DNA from: a virus
UHGV virus genome: UHGV-0173177
Length of the DNA stretch: 44,360 nt
Reading direction: 5' to 3' (one strand)
Each line of letters starts with the position of its first letter. Within the stretch, counting starts at the first letter, position 1. Position numbers and translations under genes: made by a program. Of this stretch, positions 1 through 8,600 are shown piece by piece. Below the pieces are notes generated by a model that searched no databases, had not been told where the DNA came from, and saw only the letters and a list, made by a program, of their open reading frames with translations.

Positions 1-203
1 ACGGCGCAGGCACAGAGGTGCGTGCTAACTCAGACGGGCGTTCAGTACAGACCGAACGCGTAGAGGGCGCGGTAACCGTCACCTACTTCAATAACGGCAG
101 CTCTGGCGCTACTACATCAATCACCGCAGCCGATGACGCCTTACGCCCGCTTCTTTGCGGCGGACTTAACAATGGCTTCTCGTTTAACGTGTACCGGGGT
201 TAA
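1..203 (+). CDS. C-terminal part of a head-tail connector-like protein (partial at window start; in frame with the ORF at 44051-44360 if the molecule is circular)
   Basis: Open frame from nt 1 (track ORF 18-203 begins at an internal GTG); stop at 201-203; frame matches the 3' partial ORF at the window end with no intervening stop. Confidence 0.5.
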   Translation, partial: GAGTEVRANSDGRSVQTERVEGAVTVTYFNNGSSGATTSITAADDALRPLLCGGLNNGFSFNVYRG

Positions 204-205
204 AA

Positions 206-856
206 ATGGCGAAGACTAAAACAGAGATATTTACGCTAATCGGGTCAGAATTACCGGATAACACAACCGGGCTAATCACCCCGGAGAAGTTACGCGGGGT
301 GCTAACCCAAATGGCCGACTCTCCTATTTATGCCACTCCTGGTGTGAAAGAGGTTGAGGTGCTTCGTGCGGCGTCTACTGTCGTCCAGGCTCCGTCCGCG
401 GTTGATACCGCGTTGCAGCTAACCTTCGGTGCCGCGCAAGGCAGCGCCTCAGACCTGGTTATGATTAACGCGGCGGGTCTGGTGACTTTCAACACCGCCG
501 GTAACTACGCCGTTCGCATCAAGTTACAGGCCGGGCGCACGGGCGCTAGCGGGACATCTATCCTGCTATCGCGCATCCTCATCAACGGCGCTCAGTACGG
601 CTCTCCCGCTGCCACAAAACTGGTAAGTGCCGACACCACAATCCCGATTGAATCTCGCGTCGTTATCAATCCTACCGCAGGTCAGACGTTTTCCGTGCAG
701 ATTATGCGGGATAGCGCCTTCCGCACTACTGGTTATTTCGAGACTGGAGGCCGCCTGATGAATAAGTTCACATGTGGTGTAGTTTTTGGTTTTCTTACCG
801 CGGTAGTCTTGCACAGTTACGGTGTTCTTTTGACGCTGCAAGAGGTGCTAAAATGA
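206..856 (+). CDS. hypothetical structural (neck/tail-region) protein
   Basis: 216-aa ORF in the co-oriented structural operon; ATG 206 right after the upstream stop; stop overlaps the next start (ATGA at 853-856). Confidence 0.5.
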   Translation: MAKTKTEIFTLIGSELPDNTTGLITPEKLRGVLTQMADSPIYATPGVKEVEVLRAASTVVQAPSAVDTALQLTFGAAQGSASDLVMINAAGLVTFNTAGNYAVRIKLQAGRTGASGTSILLSRILINGAQYGSPAATKLVSADTTIPIESRVVINPTAGQTFSVQIMRDSAFRTTGYFETGGRLMNKFTCGVVFGFLTAVVLHSYGVLLTLQEVLK

Positions 857-1212
857 GCACCGCTTTCAGTAAACGTATGCAAGGCGTCGGTACACGCCTG
901 CTAACCAAATTTGGTAGCACGGTATCCCTGGTTCGCGCTGGCTCGAAAGTGTGGGATGAAGTTCTCGGTGAGTATGTCCGGTCCGCGGATGAAGTGCTGC
1001 CGTTGAAAGCTGTTCCGGTTCCTGTTAACGCAGGACTGGTGAACGGTACGACGATTCAGGCGGGCGACATGATTGTTAAAGCGGATTGCAGTGTCGTACC
1101 GAAGATGGAAGACAAGGTGCAATCCGGCGGCGAGCAATGGTCTGTCGTAGCCATTGAGAAGAAGATGGTTAACGATGATGTCGTGGCATACTTTATTCAG
1201 GTGAGAAAATGA
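853..1212 (+). CDS. putative head-tail joining/adaptor protein
   Basis: 119-aa ORF (MSTAFSKRMQG...) with ATGA coupling to the upstream gene; size and position between connector and tail-completion genes; track ORF 772-1212 trimmed to ATG 853. Confidence 0.45.
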   Translation: MSTAFSKRMQGVGTRLLTKFGSTVSLVRAGSKVWDEVLGEYVRSADEVLPLKAVPVPVNAGLVNGTTIQAGDMIVKADCSVVPKMEDKVQSGGEQWSVVAIEKKMVNDDVVAYFIQVRK

Positions 1213-1604
1213 GTTTCGCGCTTGATGTCTCTAAGTTCGTGGAAAAGGCGAAGAAGAACCCAGAGAAGGTGATGCGTCAGGTGTCTATCAAGCTGTTTTC
1301 CGCTATTATAAAGGCGAGTCCGGTAGATACAGGCCGCTTTCGTATGAACTGGATGGTATCTGGTGGTACTCCTGCTTCCGGGATTACGGACGCTACGGAT
1401 AAATCAGGAAACACAGCAACCGGAAACGCTACAAGTTTCGTACTGAAAGCCGCCGACTGGCGCGAGTTCACGCTGACAAACAACCTGCCGTATGCTCAAC
1501 GGCTGGAGTATGGCTGGTCGCAGCAAGCGCCCGCCGGGATGGTCAGGACTAACGTGTCTCGCTTCCAGCAACTCATTAATGAAGAAGCCAACAAGGTGAA
1601 ATAA
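1209..1604 (+). CDS. HK97 gp10-like neck/tail-completion protein
   Basis: 131 aa containing a DTGRFRMNW motif resembling the DTGxLR signature of the HK97 gp10 family; translationally coupled to neighbours. Confidence 0.55.
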   Translation: MSFALDVSKFVEKAKKNPEKVMRQVSIKLFSAIIKASPVDTGRFRMNWMVSGGTPASGITDATDKSGNTATGNATSFVLKAADWREFTLTNNLPYAQRLEYGWSQQAPAGMVRTNVSRFQQLINEEANKVK

Positions 1605-2017
1605 TGGGCTACTTTGAGGACTTAACCAAAGCGTTTGATGTGCCGTTGGTAGCCTTCGGGAACGCAAACGGCATCAAGGTTGCGCTTGAAAACATCGACG
1701 CGCCGACGTCAACCGATACGCCGTATCTGGCGAGTTACATGTTGCTGGCAGATACGGAACAGGCGGATTTGTTCTTCACCGAGCAACGCTCTGGTATCTA
1801 TCAGGTCGACATTAACTACGCATCGGTGAAAGGTAGCGCGCCAATCAATAAAATGGCAGACTTACTTAACACGGCGTTTAAAGCAGGTAAGTCATTTTCA
1901 CGTAACGACATCTGCGCCGAGGTTCAATCGGTTAGCCTGGGGCCGCTGATTGTAGAAAACGGATGGGCCAAAAGACCATTGTCAATTAACTTTATTACAT
2001 TCACCAAGAGGCTGTGA
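1604..2017 (+). CDS. putative tail terminator / tail-associated protein
   Basis: 137-aa ORF immediately upstream of the major tail gene; TAATG overlap with the upstream gene. Confidence 0.4.
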   Translation: MGYFEDLTKAFDVPLVAFGNANGIKVALENIDAPTSTDTPYLASYMLLADTEQADLFFTEQRSGIYQVDINYASVKGSAPINKMADLLNTAFKAGKSFSRNDICAEVQSVSLGPLIVENGWAKRPLSINFITFTKRL

Positions 2018-2019
2018 AT

Positions 2020-3186
2020 ATGGCTACAACTCCTTTTAAGGGCGCGACTACCGCGCAATTCTATGTGGCGGAAGTCACCCCGGGCGTAACACCGGCTAAC
2101 CCTGTCTGGTCGCCGTTGCGTAACACTGGCGGTGTTCCTGCTATCACCCGCGACACGCTGACCTCCAACGAACTGGACGGCAGCCGTGAAACTACATCCA
2201 TCCGCACCGGTAACAAACAGGTTAGCGGTGAATACGCGATCGAGCTTAGCTCGAAAAGCCAGGATGACTGGCTGGCTGGTGCTTTAGGCTCTACGTGGCA
2301 ATCCGGTGTTTCCCTGTCCAGTCTGTCGATTACCGTCGCACCCGCGGGCAAGACGTTCACACGCGCTACCGGCAGTTTTATCGCTGACGGAGTTGGGGTA
2401 GGCGACCTGATTGCATTTACCGATTTAACAGGCGATAACGCAAAACCATTTATTGTTACTGCAGTAACGGCTACGGTTGTTACTGGTGCGGGCATCCAAC
2501 ACACCCTGACCACCGAGACAAAAACTAGTAAGGCTAAAACCGGCGACACGCTGGAAACCGGTAACACGTGTAAGACGTTCTCTATCCTTACCTGGTACAA
2601 AGGCCAGTGCGGCGGTACTGACGCGTACACGTTAACCAAAGGCGTGGAAGTTTCTGGTTTTACCATCGAACAGGCTGTTAACGCGATGGTAACTGGCAGT
2701 TTCCCGTTCATCGGGCGCAGCCAGGAGATTCTCGCCACGCCGCCGACAGGTTCTGATTTCTCCTCTGTCACGTTTGGTGACGAGCCGTTCTCTTCGGTTG
2801 ACGTTTCTGTGTTCGATGGCTCAACACCGTTGCGCTGCGACAGCCTGACCATCACCAACGATAACAGCGCGTCCGCTCAGTTCGAACTCGGTAATACTAA
2901 CGTAGCGTTTATTGAGCGTAGCCGCGCGGCTAACACCTTCTCCATCTCCGGCAAGCTGTACGACATGGCTATGATTCAGAAGTTTATCAACGAACAACAG
3001 GTAGAGATTAACTCTATTCTGGCGGGGGTAAACGGGGCTATGTCTTTCAGTCTGAAACGTGCAGAACTCACGGCGGTTACGCCAGAGATTGGCGGGCCTG
3101 AGTCAATCACTCAGAGCATAGAAGGACAGTCCACAGGCAATCAATACCAGTCGTCTATTGTTATCCAGCGTATCACCTACGCATAA
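2020..3186 (+). CDS. major tail protein (tail tube)
   Basis: 388 aa; ATG 2020 with AAGAGG 8 nt upstream (track start 2014 is a GTG); last gene before a strong intrinsic terminator; position upstream of chaperones and tape measure. Confidence 0.55.
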   Translation: MATTPFKGATTAQFYVAEVTPGVTPANPVWSPLRNTGGVPAITRDTLTSNELDGSRETTSIRTGNKQVSGEYAIELSSKSQDDWLAGALGSTWQSGVSLSSLSITVAPAGKTFTRATGSFIADGVGVGDLIAFTDLTGDNAKPFIVTAVTATVVTGAGIQHTLTTETKTSKAKTGDTLETGNTCKTFSILTWYKGQCGGTDAYTLTKGVEVSGFTIEQAVNAMVTGSFPFIGRSQEILATPPTGSDFSSVTFGDEPFSSVDVSVFDGSTPLRCDSLTITNDNSASAQFELGNTNVAFIERSRAANTFSISGKLYDMAMIQKFINEQQVEINSILAGVNGAMSFSLKRAELTAVTPEIGGPESITQSIEGQSTGNQYQSSIVIQRITYA

Positions 3187-3190
3187 AACT

Positions 3191-3214
3191 AAGGCCCCTT
3201 TCGGGGCCTTTTTC
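3191..3214 (+). terminator. intrinsic terminator, probably bidirectional, between convergent genes
   Basis: AAGGCCCC-TTTC-GGGGCCTT stem-loop followed by a T-run; sits between the + strand tail-tube gene and the - strand ORF ending at 3219. Confidence 0.7.
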
Positions 3215-3218
3215 TCAC

Positions 3219-3395
3219 TCACTCACTTTTGAATGGCATTTCGTAGAAGTTAGTTAACTGCCCCCGGTCACTCCGTTCTGTCATTTCTTTCGAAGCCTCT
3301 TCCTTACTACCCACGGCGTAAATATCTACCCACTCGTCCCATTCTTTGTCGTATACGCGGATTACGTATATTGTTTTCATTACATTCTTACTCAT
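3219..3395 (-). CDS. small hypothetical protein (58 aa)
   Basis: Hand-translated - strand ORF MSKNVMKTIYVIRVYDKEWDEW...; below the 60-aa track cutoff; GGAG upstream; last gene of the - strand island. Confidence 0.3.
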   Translation of the reverse strand: MSKNVMKTIYVIRVYDKEWDEWVDIYAVGSKEEASKEMTERSDRGQLTNFYEMPFKSE

Positions 3396-3618
3396 CAATA
3401 TTACTCCTGTACTCCCGTAACTTCTCCAGACTTTCTATTGCTTCTGCTAAGTCGGTTCCTGTGTCTTTGTGTCCGCGAAGGCCCATACACAACAGCTTCT
3501 TCAATGCGTGCTGTAGCGCCGGGTCGCGTATATCGAAGGCGCGTAGCACATCATAAACGTCTACTGTCATAGTGCTGCCGTGAGTGTTTGTCATTGTGCG
3601 GTTGTATTTATTTGTCAC
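3388..3618 (-). CDS. hypothetical protein (76 aa)
   Basis: ORF in the - strand island; GTG start at 3618 with GAGAG upstream, or the internal ATG at 3594. Confidence 0.45.
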   Translation of the reverse strand: MTNKYNRTMTNTHGSTMTVDVYDVLRAFDIRDPALQHALKKLLCMGLRGHKDTGTDLAEAIESLEKLREYRSNIDE

Positions 3619-3625
3619 TGTTAAC

Positions 3626-3675
3626 TCTCTTAAATCTGGCTATGCCTGACTCTCTTAAATCTGGCTATGCCTGAC
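3626..3675. repeat. perfect 25-bp tandem direct duplication (2 copies) of TCTCTTAAATCTGGCTATGCCTGAC
   Basis: Read directly: 3626-3650 is identical to 3651-3675; overlaps the 3' end of the - strand ORF 3630-3833. Confidence 0.9.
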
Positions 3676-3833
3676 TCGTTAATGCTGCCTATTTCAAAGA
3701 AGCTGCGATATTTAGGCGAATACATTCTTACGTCGCCGTTCTCTAGGGTGACCCCTTCATATACAGCGCCTACTTCGAATCCATTTTTCTCCGCGTACGG
3801 ACTCACATCGGTGCATTCATACATATCTTTCAT
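3630..3833 (-). CDS. hypothetical protein (67 aa) whose C-terminus is altered by the 25-bp duplication
   Basis: ORF ends ...FKRVRHSQI*; with one repeat copy removed the frame would read ...FKRVNSDK*. Confidence 0.45.
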   Translation of the reverse strand: MKDMYECTDVSPYAEKNGFEVGAVYEGVTLENGDVRMYSPKYRSFFEIGSINESGIARFKRVRHSQI

Positions 3834-4960
3834 CCCAGCATCTCCGGTGAAATAGTTAAACGTGCGACCTCGCCATATTCGGCACTATAGGTAATTACAT
3901 TTGCGCTACGGCCTGACATCCATCCACCGCGCGAGGCGTAGGCGTCTTTAGCCGCCAGGGTGCGGTGTTGCTCAACAATCATGTTACGGCTTTCCACAAT
4001 CTTCTGATGGTGGAGGTGGCCTACGTGGGCGTAGCTGTAAACGCTTTCGCCAAATGCTTTGCGGAACTTGGCAATCATAACCGGTTCGATAGCGTCGAAT
4101 CGTGCCTTATGCCCGTGGTGAAAGAACAGCGTCGTTTTGCCGTGTTGCACCATCTTGTAAACATCTGGCGACGTATCGACGAACACACGAGGCTCATTGT
4201 CGTACAGCGTACTAAACATCTCAGCTAACCAAATCATTCCGCTTTCGTCGTGGTTTCCTTGCACGATAAGCAAGCGAACATTTTTATGCTTAACCAGCGC
4301 CATACCGACAACACGGCGGACCATACGAATCATGTAGCGGACAAGTTTCTGATAGCGAGTGTCCGCATCAAGGGCGTGACCGCTTGCAGGCGTAACGGCA
4401 ACCAGACTGTCGAAGTGCGCGAAGTCGCCCAGCAGGTTAATAACTCCAGTTCCTGCATCCGGCGCTTTCTGGAACGCCGCATCGAACCAGCGAGAAAACA
4501 GGTCTTCCGCAATCTTCATATCCCAGTCGTCGCCACTCTCGTCGGCCCAGGCCAGCATACCAAGATGGAAATCAGATACAGTGTAAAGATTGAGTAGTTT
4601 ATCGTCACGTTTGGTGCGAACGGCTTTAACTGGTACAACGGGAGTAATCTCCGACTTCATGCCTTCGATTACGGCTTTCATCAACTCGACCTGACGTTCA
4701 GCGTCAGTGTCTGTCTTAACCCATTGCAACTTAGTGTTGCCGAACTCGTCCACAAGCGACGACGTTCCTTTAATCTTGTAGCCGTCCGGGACAAGATGGC
4801 TAACGTCACGACCGTGACCTACGCCTTTCTTCGCCAGCTTCGCTTTACGGATACGAATAACGCGGTCTGAGATGCCGTATTTACGGGCGATGTCTACATT
4901 CTTCATCCCGGCGTTCAATTCTTCCTGTAACTGTTCGTCGGTTATTTTCTTCTGGGCCAT
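3830..4960 (-). CDS. metallophosphoesterase (calcineurin-like) with N-terminal helix-turn-helix domain
   Basis: 376 aa; N-terminus DIARKYGISDRVIRIRKAKL is HTH-like; ordered metallophosphatase motifs DFHLG, GDFAHFD, GNHD, HHGH, GHLHH. Confidence 0.6.
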   Translation of the reverse strand: MAQKKITDEQLQEELNAGMKNVDIARKYGISDRVIRIRKAKLAKKGVGHGRDVSHLVPDGYKIKGTSSLVDEFGNTKLQWVKTDTDAERQVELMKAVIEGMKSEITPVVPVKAVRTKRDDKLLNLYTVSDFHLGMLAWADESGDDWDMKIAEDLFSRWFDAAFQKAPDAGTGVINLLGDFAHFDSLVAVTPASGHALDADTRYQKLVRYMIRMVRRVVGMALVKHKNVRLLIVQGNHDESGMIWLAEMFSTLYDNEPRVFVDTSPDVYKMVQHGKTTLFFHHGHKARFDAIEPVMIAKFRKAFGESVYSYAHVGHLHHQKIVESRNMIVEQHRTLAAKDAYASRGGWMSGRSANVITYSAEYGEVARLTISPEMLG

Positions 4961-5025
4961 GCTTACTTCCTCGTGTTTAGGATTTGTCCTATTTAACCAC
5001 AGTGGATTCCTTTAAATAAAGGCAA

Positions 5026-5352
5026 CTATTTACTTTCTGCGCCTATTGCCCATCCAGTCATTACCATTTGCAGACGGGTGGCTGTCAGTAGGCTGTAAAA
5101 CGCGTCTCCGTTTTTCTCTACCGAACGTATTACCGTGTATGTTACGGCTTGCGGAGGCAGGCCCGATTTACCAACCTCTACGGCGGACTCGCACTCGCGA
5201 ACTGTAGAGTCCTTAAATGCCTTTACAAGAGTAGGGTTGGCTTTCTCAAGCACACCAGAAGTCATAAGAACAGATTCACTAAATACCTGTTCGCACGGGG
5301 ACCCAAAAGTAGCAAAAGACATAAACCCCAGAGCTAGTACTAATTTACGCAT
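5026..5352 (-). CDS. small secreted/periplasmic protein (signal peptide)
   Basis: 108 aa; N-terminus MRKLVLALGFMSFATFGSPCEQ has n-, h- and c-regions of a Sec signal; first gene downstream of the - strand promoter at 5381-5409. Confidence 0.5.
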   Translation of the reverse strand: MRKLVLALGFMSFATFGSPCEQVFSESVLMTSGVLEKANPTLVKAFKDSTVRECESAVEVGKSGLPPQAVTYTVIRSVEKNGDAFYSLLTATRLQMVMTGWAIGAESK

Positions 5353-5380
5353 AATTATTTCCTCGGTAAGTTACAAGTGA

Positions 5381-5409
5381 ATAGTACCCTATTATATTGG
5401 GGTGCGCAA
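5381..5409 (-). promoter_or_regulatory. sigma70-like promoter (class 2: TTGCGC-17-TACTAT) with AATAG-N4-CTATT palindrome over the -10
   Basis: - strand reads TTGCGC accccaatataataggg TACTAT tcacttg; near-identical architecture to the promoters at 28979 and 30513. Confidence 0.5.
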
Positions 5410-5516
5410 GTAGTGTGCTAGAATAAGTTTGCGCCTAGTGTCGCACACGAAAAGCGGGTGGTTCCCGTCTGGCGCGTCAACCTTAACCTGTAACCTCTTA
5501 ACCAAAGGATTAAAGA

Positions 5517-5933
5517 ATGAAACTTTCTGATTTTTATTTTGCCGACCGCCACGCTACTGGCACTAAAATGCCTATCCTTCTGCCGAGTGGTAAAGACTCC
5601 GGTGAATGGCTGCAGGTCATTGGCCCCGATTGTGATGCGGGTGTTCGTGCAGGCCGCGCCTACACAACGGCAATTCGACGCCTTACGGAAGAACTTGCGC
5701 CATTAGATAAAGAGTGTGAGGCGCTGAATAACTGGGCGCGCTATAACGATGAGAAGGGCTGGCGGGTGATGGACCTGAACAAGCAGCTCGCTGTCGAAAT
5801 CGTCACCGGTTGGTCATTCGACGAGCCGTTCAGCAAAGAGGCGCTGGCTAACCTGTTCGACCAGTACAGCGGACTGGCAGAAGCCGTGGTTAAACACCAC
5901 ACCGATAGCCGCGAGAAACTCTCGGAAAAGTAA
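5517..5933 (+). CDS. tail assembly chaperone (lambda gpG-like position)
   Basis: 138-aa ORF with AAAGGA RBS, immediately upstream of the tape measure gene; the downstream -1 frame is open from 5909. Confidence 0.5.
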   Translation: MKLSDFYFADRHATGTKMPILLPSGKDSGEWLQVIGPDCDAGVRAGRAYTTAIRRLTEELAPLDKECEALNNWARYNDEKGWRVMDLNKQLAVEIVTGWSFDEPFSKEALANLFDQYSGLAEAVVKHHTDSREKLSEK

Positions 5934-6022
5934 AAGCGCTGTATGAATTTGCGCAATGGTGCTTTGTCGACCGCCACAAACGTAAGCAATTCGACGACAT
6001 CGCGGCAGGCCACCAGGCGGCT

Positions 6023-6295
6023 TTGATTGCAATGGGCGTGATTAAAGAACCGCAGATGAAAGAAGCGACGGGGCCAGAATGCCCCGTTTCTCTTATCGAC
6101 GCGTTCGAGAAATACCGTGCCATTAAATTCCTACAGCGCGAAACAGATGATACTATCGTTATAATCCCGCGCGATGCGCTCAAATGGCAAGATTTGGTAG
6201 CGTTTCGTGATGTCGCCGGTTACGGCATAAGTTTGTTCGAGGCCGAGGTTATCATGGGCTTAGACGGAATATTTGAGGGCAGAGAAGATGGCTGA
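6023..6295 (+). CDS. tail assembly chaperone frameshift extension (gpT-like), probably expressed as a fusion with 5517-5933
   Basis: Frame is -1 relative to the upstream gene and open from 5909 (the frames overlap 5909-5930 around GGAAAAG); track start 6023 is a TTG with no good RBS; ends overlapping the tape measure start. Confidence 0.4.
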   Translation: MIAMGVIKEPQMKEATGPECPVSLIDAFEKYRAIKFLQRETDDTIVIIPRDALKWQDLVAFRDVAGYGISLFEAEVIMGLDGIFEGREDG

Positions 6296-8600
6296 TACGG
6301 CTTCCCTAATTGCCAGAGTAAAAACAGAAGGTGCTGACGTAGCTGCCAAACAGCTTGACGCTATGGCGTCGTCTGCAGACCGCGCGGATACCGCGGTAAA
6401 CAAGCTGACTCCGGACGTTAATAAAGTAAACTCCACCACGTCTAAAGCGGCCTCCGACGGTTTCGCTAAGTTCCGTAACGCCGCAGGGCAGGTTGGCTTC
6501 CAGGTGCAGGACATGGTGGTCCAGTTGCAATCCGGCACGTCTGCATTCGTCGCGATAGGGCAGCAAGGTTCGCAGCTTGCCGGTGCTTTCGGTCCAGGTG
6601 GCGCGGTGCTAGGTGCGGTAATAGCGCTAGCGTCGGCGGTTGGTGGCGTTCTTTACAAATCATTAACTGAGGCTGAGGGTAGCTCAAAAGACCTGGAAGC
6701 CGCACAGAAACAGTTAAAGGACACCTTCCAACAAACGGCATCTGGCTCTCTTGAATTGACAGATGGTCTTATCCAGCTTACCCAAATCAGCAGAGAAGCG
6801 GCGGAGACTCAGCTTGCTCTGGCTAAGGCTAACGCGGACCTTATTGCACAGCAAACAGCTAAAGCCGTTCGTGAGGACGCAGAGTCGTGGGAAACGTGGA
6901 AGGCCTCCACGACATCGGCGATCAGCCAGTATGATGCGCTGGTCTCTAAGGGCGCCGATGTAGGCGACACATTAGAAAAACTAGGCGGCACTTACGAGGG
7001 TAACATCGTAGGCGTCAACATGCTGGCGCAGAATATCGCGGAGCTTAGCAGTAAGTTCGGGGTTAACCGTGACCAGGCGCTGGAGATGATAGCGGCGCAG
7101 AGTGCGTTTAACAAAGAACCAACCGCCGAGAATGCCCGTCGTATCGCCGATGTGTTTACCGACTGGCTAGGTAATACAAAACAGTTGAACCCGGAACTTA
7201 TCCGCCTGACCGACAACGCCAACAAGAACGCCACGGCACTGGAGAACGCGGAGAAGTCAGCAAACGCGGCGGCAGAGGCCCAAAAGAATCTCGGTCGTAA
7301 CGTCAACTCGACCACGCAGAGGTTCCAGGAACAGAACGAAGCTATCGTCAAAAACCAGCAAATTGCCATCTTAAGTGACCGTGAGCGCGTCCGGGCGCAA
7401 GCTGAACTGGATAAGCAGGCGTTTGCTAAACGTGAAGCTGTCACCAAAGAACAGATAGCCGCGTATAACGCTGCCCGTGACGCGGAAGCACAGCAAGACA
7501 TCGCTCGCATCGACGCGACCGAAAAAGCGAAGGCAGACCGCGAGGCTAAATCGAACGAGAAACGTCTGGCGGCACAAGCCAAACGCGAAGAAACTGCAGC
7601 GCAACGCCAGAAGAAAGCCGCGGAAGATTTCCTCGCTACGGTCGACCGAACAACGGGGGATGAAATTTCTCGTATCACAGCGGCAGAAGAGCAGAAACTG
7701 GCGAAACTTGAAGAGTTCAACCGCGCCGGAACAATAAGTCAGCAGCAGTACGAAAACGCCAAAACGCAGATTATGCTCACCGCCGAGCAGGCCCGACAGG
7801 AAGAACTGGATAAGAAAAGAAAAGAAGCCCAGGAAAAGCAGCAGAAAGGTGACGACTTCATGGCTCAGATTATGGGCCAGAACGCCGCTGAGCTTGAGCT
7901 TCTCGACATCCAGGAACAGCAGAAACTGGCGGTCGCAGATAAGTACCGTGAGCAAGGGCTTATTAGTGAGAAGCAGTATCAGGCCGCGCTTAACGCCATC
8001 AACGAGCAATACGCAACCAAGCGTGCCGACGCAACGGCAACCGCCTTCGGTAACATGGCCTCAAACATCGGGTCTGCGTTGGGTGAGGCTTCTGGCGCGT
8101 ACAAGGCATTCGCTATCGTACAGGCCACCATAGCCACGTACACCGCAGCTATCGAGGCGTACAAGTCCACGGCGGCTATCCCCGTAGTCGGCCCGTTCCT
8201 GGCCCCTGTAGCCGCTGCCGCTGCCGTTGGGGCGGGTATGGCGCAGATTTCCGCTATCAGGTCCGCGCGTGAGCAGGGCGGTCAGTTGTCCGCAGGGCAG
8301 GCTTCCACCATCGCAGAACGTGGTAAACCAGAAGTTATCATGCCCGCTGGCGCATCGCGTGTTCGCACCGCACAGCAGATGAAGGAAATTATGGGCCAAA
8401 ACGGGTCTTCTTCCGGCCCATCTAATGTTACCATCGTAAATAACACATCGAGTCAGATTGGCAACGTATCCACTGAGCAAGATGATGAAGGCCGTTTGCG
8501 TATCATCATCGAAGAGCAAGTGGCGGCCTCTTTGCAGAACAGCAACAGTAAGATTAGCAAGGCTCGCAAGGCCACAAGAAACGCGCCGGGGTTCAAGTAA
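6288..8600 (+). CDS. tail tape measure protein
   Basis: About 770 aa, Ala/Gln/Glu/Lys-rich and helical, hydrophobic Gly/Ala-rich segment near the C-terminus; follows the chaperone pair; ATG 6288 overlaps the upstream stop. Confidence 0.8.
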   Translation: MADTASLIARVKTEGADVAAKQLDAMASSADRADTAVNKLTPDVNKVNSTTSKAASDGFAKFRNAAGQVGFQVQDMVVQLQSGTSAFVAIGQQGSQLAGAFGPGGAVLGAVIALASAVGGVLYKSLTEAEGSSKDLEAAQKQLKDTFQQTASGSLELTDGLIQLTQISREAAETQLALAKANADLIAQQTAKAVREDAESWETWKASTTSAISQYDALVSKGADVGDTLEKLGGTYEGNIVGVNMLAQNIAELSSKFGVNRDQALEMIAAQSAFNKEPTAENARRIADVFTDWLGNTKQLNPELIRLTDNANKNATALENAEKSANAAAEAQKNLGRNVNSTTQRFQEQNEAIVKNQQIAILSDRERVRAQAELDKQAFAKREAVTKEQIAAYNAARDAEAQQDIARIDATEKAKADREAKSNEKRLAAQAKREETAAQRQKKAAEDFLATVDRTTGDEISRITAAEEQKLAKLEEFNRAGTISQQQYENAKTQIMLTAEQARQEELDKKRKEAQEKQQKGDDFMAQIMGQNAAELELLDIQEQQKLAVADKYREQGLISEKQYQAALNAINEQYATKRADATATAFGNMASNIGSALGEASGAYKAFAIVQATIATYTAAIEAYKSTAAIPVVGPFLAPVAAAAAVGAGMAQISAIRSAREQGGQLSAGQASTIAERGKPEVIMPAGASRVRTAQQMKEIMGQNGSSSGPSNVTIVNNTSSQIGNVSTEQDDEGRLRIIIEEQVAASLQNSNSKISKARKATRNAPGFK

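Noticed and set aside
2061-2858. 265-aa - strand ORF inside the major tail protein gene
   Set aside because: Antisense to a well-supported structural gene, with no promoter or RBS context.
3626-3675. Possible CRISPR array
   Set aside because: Only two directly abutting repeat copies with no spacers, and it lies inside a coding region; it is a tandem duplication.
5400-5516. Rightward sigma70 promoter for the tail chaperone / tape measure operon upstream of 5517
   Set aside because: A TAGAAT -10-like hexamer is present but no acceptable -35 at 16-18 bp could be found; left uncalled.
6992-8009. Long - strand ORFs (242 aa and 212 aa) antisense to the tape measure gene
   Set aside because: Low-complexity Ala/Ser/Arg/Leu translations produced by the reverse frame of a repetitive Ala/Gln/Glu/Lys-rich gene; no RBS or start context; fully overlap a high-confidence gene.
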